Part shown: positions 24,961 to 34,539 of the stretch, piece after piece
Position numbering within the stretch: the stretch's first letter is position 1
Layout: every line of letters starts with the position of its first letter
From: a virus
Taxonomy: Duplodnaviria > Caudoviricetes
Virus record (IMG/VR): IMGVR_UViG_3300032285_001531
Length of the DNA: 64,000 bases
Reading direction: 5' to 3' (one strand)
Position numbers and translations under genes: made by a program
The notes under the pieces: model-generated
The model's input: the letters and a program-made list of their open reading frames with translations, nothing else
Told to the model about the DNA's origin: nothing
Databases searched by the model: none

Positions 24961-27132
24961 ATGGCACAGCCAATTTGGATAACACCCGCAGGACAACAAG
25001 GAATATATCCTTCAAATGTGCCGGCAACAATTGAATTTAAAGCACAACCTGTATATCCTGCAAGAACATTAGTCTATAAAATGTTAAACGGAAGTTTACC
25101 TGCAGGATTGACTATGAATTCGTTAGGTATAGTTACGGGTACACCTGATCCAGTAACATTAGATACAACAAGTACATTTACCATACGTGTAATAGATGAT
25201 TTAGAAAACTTCAGAGATAGAACATTTAGTATTACAATCCTAACTGCTGGTTTTCCGTCATTGGATATTCCATCTGGTATTCTTTTTTCTGTACAAGATA
25301 GTATATATGTTGATTATCAAATAAAATATACAGTACCCATTAAAGATAATTCTGCACAAATTATTCTCTCATCAGGTGCATTGCCACCGGGACTTTACTT
25401 GCAAAGTTCAGGAAGAATTACTGGATATGCCAGTCCTCCTTTATCAGTTTTAGGTAATCCAGTTACACGAATATATAATTTTACAGTTACACTAATAACT
25501 AGTTTAGGAACTACTTTTGCAAACTACGAAATTCAAGTTAGAAATTTTGAATTACATAATGCAGGAGTTAAACCTAGAAATCCAGTCATATTAAATTATC
25601 AACCAGAAATTTTACCTGTACCAAAAAACGATCCATATTATGATTATTATATAGTAAATAATCCAATGCCTGTTATTGAAAGCGGAACTAAGTTTGCATA
25701 TAAGATAATAGGAAAAGATTTTGATAATGACAATTTAACATACAATTATAGTAATTTACCTTTAGGTTTAGTAGGGGACACAACTACAGGATGGATTACT
25801 GGTGTTCCTGTTATTGGTAAAGGTATTAGTTCATATAAGTTTCAAGTAGTTGTAATAAAAAATTCAAATAGCTTATCAACTGATGTAGTAACCTTCTCCT
25901 TTATGGTATACAATGAAGTTAAACAAGACATAACTTGGGTATCTGATTCTAATTTAGGAACAGTAAACAATAATGAAATTAGTACATTGCAAATTGAAGC
26001 TAGTTCAAATCAAGAATTAACATATCGTGTAATCAGCGGAACATTACCAGCTAATCTTTCACTTAATACATCAGGTGAACTAATAGGACGAGTTGCATAT
26101 CAGCCTACTGATACGTTGACAGCAAAGGGTCAAACAACATCTTATACATTTACAGTAGAAGCGATTGCACTAAACTATCCTTTAGTTAATGCCACTAAAA
26201 CTTTTACTCTGAATGTATATCAGTATTATGATACACCTACAGAAAACGTTTACTTTAAAGCTACACCTACTTTAGCCGAGAGAACTATCATTGATTCATT
26301 GTTATCTAACACCGATTTAATTCCTAACAATTACTTATATAGACCAACCGATGTGAATTTTGGTAAAGCTAAAGACATAAATTTTGTACATGCATATGGT
26401 ATGAACGCAAGTACTGCTGAACAATACGTAGCTGCTATTCAAAAGAATCATTATTGGAGAAACGTTACTTTAGGACCTATAAAAACTGCTATTGCACGTG
26501 ATGATATGGGTAATATTATTTACGAAGTGGTTTACAGTGAGATTAATGATGATTTAGTAAATTCAAGTGGAGTTAGTATTCCGCAAGAAATTACATGGCC
26601 ATTTAGAGTTAGTTTAGAATTAGGTCCTTGGATAACTTCGGATCCAAACATATACACCAGCTTTATTGATGACATGAATGGTAATGAAGCATATTATACA
26701 AGCTTGACTCCTGGCTCAACTGATAAATTTTATCCAGCAAGTTTTCAAAACATGCGCCTAGAAACAGCATCATTTTTAGGACAAAGTTATGATGGTAAAT
26801 TATTACCTAGATGGATGTACACACAGCAATTAAATGGAAGTGTTTTGGGTTATATTCAAGCATGGGTAATTTGTTATACCAAACCTAGAACATCAACTAC
26901 TGTGTATTCGGATATAATAGTAAACAATATTAAAGCAAATTGGGCACATAAGTTAAATGAGATTAACTTTACTATTGATAGATATTATATTGATAAGAGT
27001 AGTACATACAACTATAACAGTTATCTGAGTACTCCAGCATGGAATAAGTTACCTAGTGCGGATCCTACACCTGATCCATTAAACACTAAAGACTTTACTA
27101 TTGCATTTCCCAGAAAAACAATTTTGCCATAA
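24961..27132 (+). CDS. Structural protein with tandem putative Ig (He_PIG/cadherin-like) domains, probably baseplate
   Basis: Four (S/A/N/T)LP.(G/N)L.....G.(I/L/V).G repeats, and a conserved C-terminus (LPRWM...Q.NG.VLGY..AW.ICY.KP). Confidence 0.7.
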   Translation: MAQPIWITPAGQQGIYPSNVPATIEFKAQPVYPARTLVYKMLNGSLPAGLTMNSLGIVTGTPDPVTLDTTSTFTIRVIDDLENFRDRTFSITILTAGFPSLDIPSGILFSVQDSIYVDYQIKYTVPIKDNSAQIILSSGALPPGLYLQSSGRITGYASPPLSVLGNPVTRIYNFTVTLITSLGTTFANYEIQVRNFELHNAGVKPRNPVILNYQPEILPVPKNDPYYDYYIVNNPMPVIESGTKFAYKIIGKDFDNDNLTYNYSNLPLGLVGDTTTGWITGVPVIGKGISSYKFQVVVIKNSNSLSTDVVTFSFMVYNEVKQDITWVSDSNLGTVNNNEISTLQIEASSNQELTYRVISGTLPANLSLNTSGELIGRVAYQPTDTLTAKGQTTSYTFTVEAIALNYPLVNATKTFTLNVYQYYDTPTENVYFKATPTLAERTIIDSLLSNTDLIPNNYLYRPTDVNFGKAKDINFVHAYGMNASTAEQYVAAIQKNHYWRNVTLGPIKTAIARDDMGNIIYEVVYSEINDDLVNSSGVSIPQEITWPFRVSLELGPWITSDPNIYTSFIDDMNGNEAYYTSLTPGSTDKFYPASFQNMRLETASFLGQSYDGKLLPRWMYTQQLNGSVLGYIQAWVICYTKPRTSTTVYSDIIVNNIKANWAHKLNEINFTIDRYYIDKSSTYNYNSYLSTPAWNKLPSADPTPDPLNTKDFTIAFPRKTILP

Positions 27133-27167
27133 AAATTTAAATAAATATATAACGGATTAAGACAACT

Positions 27168-28196
27168 ATGAGTTCAATAAACACAAACGGAATGAATGTA
27201 AACTACCCAGTATCTGGGATCAATAACTCTACACAGGGTTTTAGAGATAATTTCAGCTCCATCAAAAACAACCTAGACACTGCAGCGAGTGAACTAACCG
27301 ATTTGCAAAACAAGGTAGTTTTAAAGTCTGCACTTACTGGCACTAACTTAAACAATGACATGGCTAACAGTTTAATCAGCAATGCATTAACTAAGAGTTT
27401 CAGAGCAAGTACTTATAATTTGGGTAATAATATATCCGGAACTCTTACTGTTAATGTAAGTCAAGGTGATGTACAATACGGTACAATCACTGCTAACACT
27501 ACACTACAACTTGGAGGATGGGCTCCTGTAGGAACACAAAGCAATGTACAATTACAGTTCAGTATAGCAAACGCAAATGCATATATTACACTTCCAAATA
27601 CAACAACAGATGTAGATAATATTCCAAATGCTGGTATGACATTTACTGCATTGCAAATAGAAAACTATTTTAGTAATGCAACTCCTACTGCATCTGGATC
27701 ATATACTAATATCATTGGAATTCCAAATGGTGTTAGTCAAGTAAACTATACATTGTCAACTACTAATTGCGGAACCACAGTAGATATTTTACCAATTAAT
27801 AGAAATCAAAAAGCAACATTCATTGGTTCAGGTACTCCTAATGTTTCAAATGTAACAGCAACAGGTACAATCACAGTAGCTACTAATAGCCCTGCAATTA
27901 CCGGAGCAGGCACTGCATTCACAACTGAATTGGTTGTGGGAAGAGCAATTTTAAATTCATCAAATGTATTGATTGGTTATATTGCTAATATCACTAGTAC
28001 TACTGCAGCTAATCTAACAGCTAATTCTGCTCTTTCAATTACCGGTGGTTCATACAGACGCCAATTACCAATTGGTAGTCCGGGCGACACATTAGGCACT
28101 TTCCAAACTGACGGAACATACGTATATGTTTGTACAGCAAATTATGCAGGTGGAAATACAACAGTTTGGAAAAGAATTACACCGAGTAGTTACTAA
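27168..28196 (+). CDS. Baseplate/short-fibre structural protein
   Basis: 342 aa. N-terminal YPV.G.NN.TQGFRDNF..IK and C-terminal G..G...D..Y.YVC.A.....WKR motif. AATAAATA at 27140-27147. Confidence 0.65.
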   Translation: MSSINTNGMNVNYPVSGINNSTQGFRDNFSSIKNNLDTAASELTDLQNKVVLKSALTGTNLNNDMANSLISNALTKSFRASTYNLGNNISGTLTVNVSQGDVQYGTITANTTLQLGGWAPVGTQSNVQLQFSIANANAYITLPNTTTDVDNIPNAGMTFTALQIENYFSNATPTASGSYTNIIGIPNGVSQVNYTLSTTNCGTTVDILPINRNQKATFIGSGTPNVSNVTATGTITVATNSPAITGAGTAFTTELVVGRAILNSSNVLIGYIANITSTTAANLTANSALSITGGSYRRQLPIGSPGDTLGTFQTDGTYVYVCTANYAGGNTTVWKRITPSSY

Positions 28197-28208
28197 CTAA
28201 ATATGTGA

Positions 28209-28445
28209 ATGCAACATCCATTCATACACGATTTGAGTGAAAAAACACTAGATGAATTACAGACTTCCATTTCGGATTTAAACAAAAAACTTAATTTTGC
28301 ATACAGAATTCAAAATGGTGCCATGATTAATCAACTTAGAATGATTTTGGAAAGCTATAATTCTGAAAATACCAAACGAATGGATGAACTTTACAAGAAG
28401 CAAAACATCCAGAATCAAATCAATATATCAAGCGATAAAAAATGA
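28209..28445 (+). CDS. Hypothetical coiled-coil protein
   Basis: 78 aa; ACTAAATA lies 5 nt before the ATG. Confidence 0.65.
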   Translation: MQHPFIHDLSEKTLDELQTSISDLNKKLNFAYRIQNGAMINQLRMILESYNSENTKRMDELYKKQNIQNQINISSDKK

Positions 28446-29065
28446 CAGCAAGAATTAGCAAAAGCTTTGTGTTCCAGTCAGGCGTTTATTTTAACGATTC
28501 ATTTATAATGAACGTATATGACGTAGAAATGCATTTTAACATACACACCGAAAATATACGTGAACAAAATATTTCACTAGAAAGAGTTAAATTCTTTATA
28601 CGAGAGAATATAGAAAGTGCTGTATTTGTTGAAGAAAAAAATAAAACAGTAATAGATAGTTTTGTTGATGCAGGTATTAAAGTATGTGCATTACCAGAAG
28701 AACCTTATGACCAAATTATAGGTATTATGTTGTTGTGTAAATTAAATGCTATTATGGAAGATAGAATGGAATTATCTGACATCTCAATCACTAGTTGGAT
28801 GAGCGATGGTGTAACATGTAATCATTCAATTGATGAAAGCATGGGACCATTTGTTGATAGTGGATGGTGGAATGACAATACTCCAAGAGCATATGTTTCT
28901 AAGTCAAATGCAACCAAATCTAAGAAATTGGTTAAACTAGTTAAGTCTATGTATTCATGGGATGAAGTTTATTTGGGTTGGGGAGAGAATATAGAACCGA
29001 CAAACACCTTTAATAGTGAAGTAGTATTTGCTTGTTTTGACAAAAAGGTTGACAAAAAAGATTGA
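28442..29065 (+). CDS. Hypothetical protein
   Basis: 207 aa, ATGA overlap with the previous gene. Confidence 0.7.
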   Translation: MTARISKSFVFQSGVYFNDSFIMNVYDVEMHFNIHTENIREQNISLERVKFFIRENIESAVFVEEKNKTVIDSFVDAGIKVCALPEEPYDQIIGIMLLCKLNAIMEDRMELSDISITSWMSDGVTCNHSIDESMGPFVDSGWWNDNTPRAYVSKSNATKSKKLVKLVKSMYSWDEVYLGWGENIEPTNTFNSEVVFACFDKKVDKKD

Positions 29066-29089
29066 CTTATCTAGTTTTTATGTTATACT
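29062..29089 (+). promoter_or_regulatory. Sigma70-type extended -10 promoter; predicted +1 is the ATG (leaderless)
   Basis: TTGACT (29062-67), 16-nt spacer ending TGT, TATACT (29084-89). ATG at 29096 with no SD. Confidence 0.7.
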
Positions 29090-29095
29090 AGTAAA

Positions 29096-29602
29096 ATGAG
29101 AACAGATATATATGGTCAACAAATATTCACAGAAAACGAAGTATGTGAGATATATCTAACCAATCCCGATATTAAAATACAATCTATCCTAGTAGACACT
29201 ACAGTCACAATTGATGACGCACTAGAGTTAGAGAGTACACCTGATATTCGCACATATATTGATCAAAAAATATCATTAGCAGAATTTGATTTAAACAATC
29301 AAAATAAATGGTTCATCCCAAATAGTTACAAATCATTGGACATAGCACAGTTTGTGTTAGACCAATGCAAAAGCGAAGCAGAACTACAACGAGCAGGTTC
29401 TGAATTGCTATTATTCCAAGAACGTAACTTATTCCCATTATTGTGTTACTTGAAATATTTGGTAGATACGATGAGAGATAATAATATAGTTTGGGGAGTA
29501 GGCAGGGGTAGTAGTGTTGCCAGCTTTGTATTATTTCTTTTGGGAGTACATAGGATAAATAGTTTATACTATGACTTGAGCATAGAAGAATTTCTAAAAT
29601 AG
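29096..29602 (+). CDS. dnaE: DNA polymerase III alpha (DnaE) N-terminal palm fragment
   Basis: R...EL..F...L..L...VD......VWGVGRGSSVAS.VL.LLGVH.I.......L....FL matches the DnaE GxGRGS region. The ORF ends before the PDIDxD catalytic motif. Confidence 0.85.
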   Translation: MRTDIYGQQIFTENEVCEIYLTNPDIKIQSILVDTTVTIDDALELESTPDIRTYIDQKISLAEFDLNNQNKWFIPNSYKSLDIAQFVLDQCKSEAELQRAGSELLLFQERNLFPLLCYLKYLVDTMRDNNIVWGVGRGSSVASFVLFLLGVHRINSLYYDLSIEEFLK

Positions 29603-29612
29603 GAGAAATATT

Positions 29613-29924
29613 ATGTCAAATTACAGAAGCGCAATGGGCAGACCAGTTGATATGGCAGCTATGGTTACTAAGAACGAAAAGGTAAGAGCAGTTGGAAACA
29701 TGCGTGTTAATGCACGTGGTGATCTATTGGATCACAATAATCAAATCATACAAGATTCTACTACACGAGTAGCAGAAAATTATAATCAAACTGTAAACAG
29801 TCAAGCACCAAAACCATCACATCAAAGTGCACCTACTATCCGCAATCAAATTGATCTCTCTGAGTTAAATGATGCAGAGCGTGAAGTATTTGAGGATGAC
29901 ACTGAAGTTGTCAAAAAAGATTAA
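29613..29924 (+). CDS. Hypothetical protein
   Basis: 103 aa with SD AGGAGA. Confidence 0.7.
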   Translation: MSNYRSAMGRPVDMAAMVTKNEKVRAVGNMRVNARGDLLDHNNQIIQDSTTRVAENYNQTVNSQAPKPSHQSAPTIRNQIDLSELNDAEREVFEDDTEVVKKD

Positions 29925-29933
29925 CCAAACACT

Positions 29934-29962
29934 TTGATTTTTTAACACAAATTATATATTAT
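29934..29962 (+). promoter_or_regulatory. Possible sigma70 promoter, leaderless groES-like gene
   Basis: TTGATT-N17-TATTAT; ATG at 29970 with no SD. Confidence 0.5.
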
Positions 29963-29969
29963 ACAATTT

Positions 29970-30332
29970 ATGACAGAATACGCCTTTCAACCTCACAAAG
30001 TAAGTGAATTAACAGCATTGCATGACACTATAATAGTCAGTGACATGTCCTTTGATTCACGTATAACATCTAGCGGTATTATACTTCCGGGTGATGATAC
30101 AAAATTAGCGGGAATTAGACCTAGATGGTGTAAAGTATATGCAGTAGGTCCTGAACAAACTTCAGTTCAGCCTGGGCAATATATTTTAGTTGCACATGGA
30201 CGTTGGACTAGGGGTGTTAAGATAGAAGATGACGAGGGTGAGAAAACTATTCGTAAAGTAGATCCTGAAGAAATACTTATGGTTAGTGATGAACCCATTA
30301 CTGATGACACAATGAGTGATAAGGTTATATAA
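29970..30332 (+). CDS. groES: GroES-like co-chaperonin (T4 gp31 analogue)
   Basis: L.D.IIV......T.SGIILP.......R...V.AVGP....V.PG..IL...I..V.E pattern. Confidence 0.8.
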   Translation: MTEYAFQPHKVSELTALHDTIIVSDMSFDSRITSSGIILPGDDTKLAGIRPRWCKVYAVGPEQTSVQPGQYILVAHGRWTRGVKIEDDEGEKTIRKVDPEEILMVSDEPITDDTMSDKVI

Positions 30333-30682
30333 TGAAATGGTTTAAAAAATGGATGTTTAGAATGTTTCAAGAGGGCAGAGATATTATTGAAGAAGAAATT
30401 TATAGTGTTTCTGATAATAATGTTCCTGAACGAATACGTAGAGGCATTAATAAATCTAAAGGAATTCATGGAATAACAGCAGCATCAGATCATAGTCCTA
30501 GCACACCTAGTATTAACTTTCAAATCTATCCTGCAACAGGTGGATATGTAGCAGAGATTACTTATTACGATGAAAAGTCGGATAGTACTATTCGTTCCCT
30601 GCATGTTATTCCAACTACAGACTTTTCTGAACTAGGTTCTAGTATCAGTAAAATCATTACAATTGAGATGTTAAAGCGATGA
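30332..30682 (+). CDS. Hypothetical protein
   Basis: 116 aa, translationally coupled on both sides. Confidence 0.65.
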   Translation: MKWFKKWMFRMFQEGRDIIEEEIYSVSDNNVPERIRRGINKSKGIHGITAASDHSPSTPSINFQIYPATGGYVAEITYYDEKSDSTIRSLHVIPTTDFSELGSSISKIITIEMLKR

Positions 30683-31605
30683 AAAATTCTTTATGGGTTG
30701 AAAAATATCGTCCGAATAAAGTAGAAGATTATGTATTCGTTAACGATGCACAAAAGAATCAAGTGTTGGGCTGGATTAAAGATGGTTCAATCCCTCACTT
30801 ATTACTCAGTGGTGATCCAGGTACAGGTAAAACTACACTAGCAAAAGTATTGATTAATGAGTTAGGTGTTAGTGAATATGATGTATTAGAAATCAATGCA
30901 TCACGTGAAAACAGTGTTGACACAGTTCGTAATAAGATACTAGGCTTTGCACAAACAATGCCTTTCGGCACATTTAAGATTGTGTTACTTGATGAGGCTG
31001 ATTATCTAACTCCGGCAGGTCAAGCAGCATTACGTAGTGATATGGAAGCATATCATGAAACTTGTAGATTTATTCTTACTTGTAATTATGAATATCGTAT
31101 CATTCCTGCACTACGTGAGAGTCGTTGCTATAAGTTTCATATCGCTAAGCCAGATCAAGCAGAGTTTACAGCACGTGCAGCAACCGTATTGATTACTGAG
31201 CAAATAGAATTTGATATTGATATATTGGATAGTTATGTTCGCACAACCTATCCTGATTTACGTAAATGTTTAAATCAATTACAAGTAAACAGTGCATCAG
31301 GGTCATTAGTTTCTCCGATTGAAGAAACATCAAGCGAAGATAGTTTGTTAATTGCAGCAACTGACCAATTCAAAGCAGGTAAGATTCTTGAGGGTAGACA
31401 AGAATTAATGCAATACTTAGAAATGCATCCTACAAAACTAGAGGATATATATCGCTGGATGTATAATAACTTAGACTTATGGGGTAAATCAAATGAAACA
31501 CGAGATGCAGCTATCGTTAAAATACGTGACGGTTTAGTTAATCTTTCATTAGTAGGTATTCCAGAAATCAGTCTAGCAGCAACATTAGTGGAGTTAACAA
31601 GTTGA
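30679..31605 (+). CDS. Sliding-clamp loader AAA+ subunit (RFC small subunit / T4 gp44-like)
   Basis: LWVEKYRP, Walker A GDPGTGKT, LEINAS, Walker B LLDEAD, FILTCN, SRC motif and YPDLRKCLNQLQ. Confidence 0.93.
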   Translation: MKNSLWVEKYRPNKVEDYVFVNDAQKNQVLGWIKDGSIPHLLLSGDPGTGKTTLAKVLINELGVSEYDVLEINASRENSVDTVRNKILGFAQTMPFGTFKIVLLDEADYLTPAGQAALRSDMEAYHETCRFILTCNYEYRIIPALRESRCYKFHIAKPDQAEFTARAATVLITEQIEFDIDILDSYVRTTYPDLRKCLNQLQVNSASGSLVSPIEETSSEDSLLIAATDQFKAGKILEGRQELMQYLEMHPTKLEDIYRWMYNNLDLWGKSNETRDAAIVKIRDGLVNLSLVGIPEISLAATLVELTS

Positions 31606-31862
31606 GATATTTTTTAATCACATTCAAAAGAAAAGCCGGCGGGCAAATTGACGAAGAAGTCAGCATAGCACGTAATCTAAAACCCAATGACATTACTATG
31701 TGTAATGTTATTATGGACTTTAAACAAAGGAAAGTAGAACGTTGCTTTATTGAAGGTAAGGTACTAGATACTGATTGGGATAAGCTACGTGAATACTATC
31801 ACAAAGTATACCCTACAATAATAGAAAATTTAGATAATGCAAACAGAGTAGAAGGGGAATAA
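31602..31862 (+). CDS. Hypothetical protein (TTG start)
   Basis: 86 aa with SD GGAG, overlapping the clamp-loader stop. Confidence 0.65.
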   Translation: MRYFLITFKRKAGGQIDEEVSIARNLKPNDITMCNVIMDFKQRKVERCFIEGKVLDTDWDKLREYYHKVYPTIIENLDNANRVEGE

Positions 31863-31875
31863 TCCCCTTCTTTTT
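31851..31875. terminator. Bidirectional terminator between convergent genes
   Basis: GAAGGGGA-ATAA-TCCCCTTC followed by TTTTT. Confidence 0.8.
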
Positions 31876-32641
31876 ACTCATACATTGTCAAGATATGTTC
31901 AATTAGATGATGCCTCTGCACATCTTTAAGTTCGAGTTGACAAAGTTCAATTCCCGGAATATTTAGTTTAACTATTCGTTGTTGTAAATCTAATAATCCG
32001 TTGTCTGGTTTTCTTCTATCTGTTTGATCCACATCTCCTGTAATTATAATCTTTGATCCTATGCCTATTCTGGTCATAATCATTTTCAGTTGGCTAGGTG
32101 TGCAGTTTTGAGCCTCATCTAGTATCACGTAGCTATGTTTGAAATTTCTTCCTCGACAGAATGCTAGAGGTGCGATCTCCACTATTTGTTCTTCTAGCAT
32201 GTGGGTAATTTCCTTGCCTGTATAATACTCACGCATAACATCAAAAAGAGGACGAGTCCATGGTTCCATTTTAGCGTTAATATCGCCTGGTAAAAATCCA
32301 TGTTTTTCGTCATCCACTCCTACTGCAGGTCTGGTTAAAATGATCCTCTCTACGTCACCGTTTTTAAGTGCTTTAATTGCTGCTTGCATAGCTAAGAAGG
32401 TTTTACCTGTTCCCGCTGGACCAGCTGCTATTACTATATCAGTATTAGGATTTAGTAGTTCGAGGATGTATTTTTCTTGGTTTATTGATTTTGGAACTAA
32501 CTGTATGTGTCTGATTAGTTTAGGTTTTGTTCCGTCAAATTGAATCGTTTTGGATTCGTTCATATAATATGTTTGTGTATCTTTTTTTGAATTAATTAAT
32601 TTTGAATCTTTTCTCAATGCTCCGGTCTTTCTTTTGCTCAA
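31874..32641 (-). CDS. phoH: PhoH-family ATPase
   Basis: GPAGTGKT, LTRPAV, GFLPG...KM.PW.RPLFD, RGRNF, LDEAQN, GD..Q.D and DVQRH. Start re-called at TTG 32641 (SD AGGAG). GGTAAATA on the minus strand at 32684-32691. Confidence 0.95.
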   Translation of the reverse strand: MSKRKTGALRKDSKLINSKKDTQTYYMNESKTIQFDGTKPKLIRHIQLVPKSINQEKYILELLNPNTDIVIAAGPAGTGKTFLAMQAAIKALKNGDVERIILTRPAVGVDDEKHGFLPGDINAKMEPWTRPLFDVMREYYTGKEITHMLEEQIVEIAPLAFCRGRNFKHSYVILDEAQNCTPSQLKMIMTRIGIGSKIIITGDVDQTDRRKPDNGLLDLQQRIVKLNIPGIELCQLELKDVQRHHLIEHILTMYE

Positions 32642-32809
32642 GTTGCTTCTCCTAGATGTGGGTGAGTTCAATTCACTCTATGATATTTACCAAATGCAGG
32701 ACCCCCTATTCTAGTAGACTTATTAAGTAATAAAAACTGATAAATATTAGGCTCCGCATGAGTTTTTAGAACTTCCACAATGTAGTTCAATAATGATAAA
32801 TACTAAACT

Positions 32810-33415
32810 ATGAGTAAAAAGCCAGCCGACGATTTTTTTAACAGTGTAGATTATCCGGGAATCATTGACACCATTAAAGGGGTGTTTACAAGTGACGGAT
32901 CCATCTCCACATTGATAGACTTTGAACGTGTACTTGACGAAGCAGATTTATATGCTTACAAAAACTGGGACCTAGGGGAACTAGTTGATGGTCCTGAGAT
33001 TGGAAAGTACAGCGTTACATGTACATTTATGTACCCGAATAAATTAATGCCTAATCCAAAGGGCGGTACTAGACTTACAAATGTAGGTTGCACGGTACAC
33101 TTCAAAAAGACTAAAATTAAAGTACCTATTGAAATTAAGGATCCTTCTGATTTTAAATCAGGAACACATTATCCTAAAATGGCTGAGCGTGAAGTTTGGT
33201 TGGTTCGCATTGCAATGCCTAAGCAGTTAATGAATGAGATTCGTGAAGGTTCAATTGATCTAGCTGACCAAACTATTGATCTACAAGATTTAGATGATGC
33301 ATACGAGCAGGATTTAGATAAAGAAGCAGAACAAGAGGATATGAGCGAAACAACAATGGGCGCAGCACCTGCTCCGGGTCCAATGCCAGGAGCAATGCCA
33401 GGAGCACCAGCATGA
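32810..33415 (+). CDS. Conserved hypothetical phage protein
   Basis: 201 aa; GATAAATA at 32739 and 32795; acidic and Pro/Gly-rich C-tail. Confidence 0.7.
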   Translation: MSKKPADDFFNSVDYPGIIDTIKGVFTSDGSISTLIDFERVLDEADLYAYKNWDLGELVDGPEIGKYSVTCTFMYPNKLMPNPKGGTRLTNVGCTVHFKKTKIKVPIEIKDPSDFKSGTHYPKMAEREVWLVRIAMPKQLMNEIREGSIDLADQTIDLQDLDDAYEQDLDKEAEQEDMSETTMGAAPAPGPMPGAMPGAPA

Positions 33416-33951
33416 ACACAATAGTCAATGAAAGCTTAGATTATCATGATTTTAAAAATCAGATTGAACCTGTTATAACAATTGACGAATACGAAGCAAA
33501 GACAGGATCTGATGATGAAATAGTAACTATTGCGTTTACTGTTAAAGGTAAATTAGCAAGCCAAGATTTAGCCAACTGGTTTGAGCGTGGGTATGATTAC
33601 GTATTAGACGCACAAATCAGTAAGGGAGAAGTTATACGAGGTAAGCATTTAGTTTTCGTTGAAATGGAAAGACGTTTTAAAGTTCCAGAAAGAATTATTG
33701 AGTTAATAGAAGATTTAGAAACATTATCTGATCTTCCATTAGATAAATGGACAATCATTATCAACGATCAGGAAATAGACGCAAATATAGATGTTCTTTC
33801 ATCACTCATTATTAAATCACCACATGAATACAGAAAGCAAAAAGATTCTGAATTAAATGAAATGCGTGAATTATCCGGTAGTGAACCAAATAAATTATTC
33901 AACGAACAAGACGCAGCAATCAAATCATTCAAAGCATTAGCAGGATTGTAA
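33412..33951 (+). CDS. Hypothetical, possibly head-associated protein
   Basis: 179 aa; starts MNTIVNE|S and ends ..KSFKALAGL. Confidence 0.7.
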   Translation: MNTIVNESLDYHDFKNQIEPVITIDEYEAKTGSDDEIVTIAFTVKGKLASQDLANWFERGYDYVLDAQISKGEVIRGKHLVFVEMERRFKVPERIIELIEDLETLSDLPLDKWTIIINDQEIDANIDVLSSLIIKSPHEYRKQKDSELNEMRELSGSEPNKLFNEQDAAIKSFKALAGL

Positions 33952-33961
33952 AGGAGATTAA

Positions 33962-34495
33962 ATGGCAACATTATTAGCACGTAAGGCAAATGGAGAAACA
34001 CCGATAGCAACAAGTGATGATCATCATGACGCATTGGCTGCAGATCCATCAGTATCAGCATTCCCAACAGGTAGTGGATTCGGTAGCGGATTTGGGAATG
34101 CACCATTAGGTGGAAACACAATGAGTACAGCAACACCAAGTTTCGGAGGAGCAGCAATGCCAGCACAACAACCACAACAACAAATGAATTTAACACAAGC
34201 AGGCGATAATGCAGCACAAGGAGCTGATGTATTAGTAGCAAATGACAACACAGATTGGATCAATAAGAAATGGCGTCCAGTTATGGGTTGGGTATATATG
34301 ATGACATGTACATGTGACTTTGTTGTATTCCCGATCTTATGGTCAGTATTACAAGCATTAAGTCATGGACAAGTAACTAGTCAATGGCAACCATTAACAC
34401 TACAAGGTGCAGGTTTGTATCATGTAGCAATGGGTGCAGTTCTTGGTATCGCAGCATACGGCCGTACAAAAGAAAAAGTAGCCGGAGCAGCATAA
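33962..34495 (+). CDS. 3-TM holin-like protein (GTA holin-type)
   Basis: KWRP.MGW.Y...C..DF..FP.LW...WQPLTLQG.GL.H.AMGAVLG..AYGRT.EK. Confidence 0.7.
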   Translation: MATLLARKANGETPIATSDDHHDALAADPSVSAFPTGSGFGSGFGNAPLGGNTMSTATPSFGGAAMPAQQPQQQMNLTQAGDNAAQGADVLVANDNTDWINKKWRPVMGWVYMMTCTCDFVVFPILWSVLQALSHGQVTSQWQPLTLQGAGLYHVAMGAVLGIAAYGRTKEKVAGAA

Positions 34496-34496
34496 C

Positions 34497-34534
34497 CATA
34501 AATAATTGATTATTGCAAGGAGGTATGTTATAAT
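34497..34534 (+). promoter_or_regulatory. Tandem late (CATAAATA) and sigma70 promoters for dnaJ-clpA
   Basis: CATAAATA at 34497-34504; TTGATT (34506-11)-N17-TATAAT (34529-34) with TG extended -10. ATG at 34540. Confidence 0.75.
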
Positions 34535-34539
34535 CAACT

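Noticed and set aside
34517-34533. Perfect SD AAGGAGGT followed by the mini-ORF ATG-TTA-TAA
   Set aside because: The SD abuts that ATG with zero spacing and is 15 nt from the dnaJ ATG. It lies in the promoter spacer and is probably incidental.
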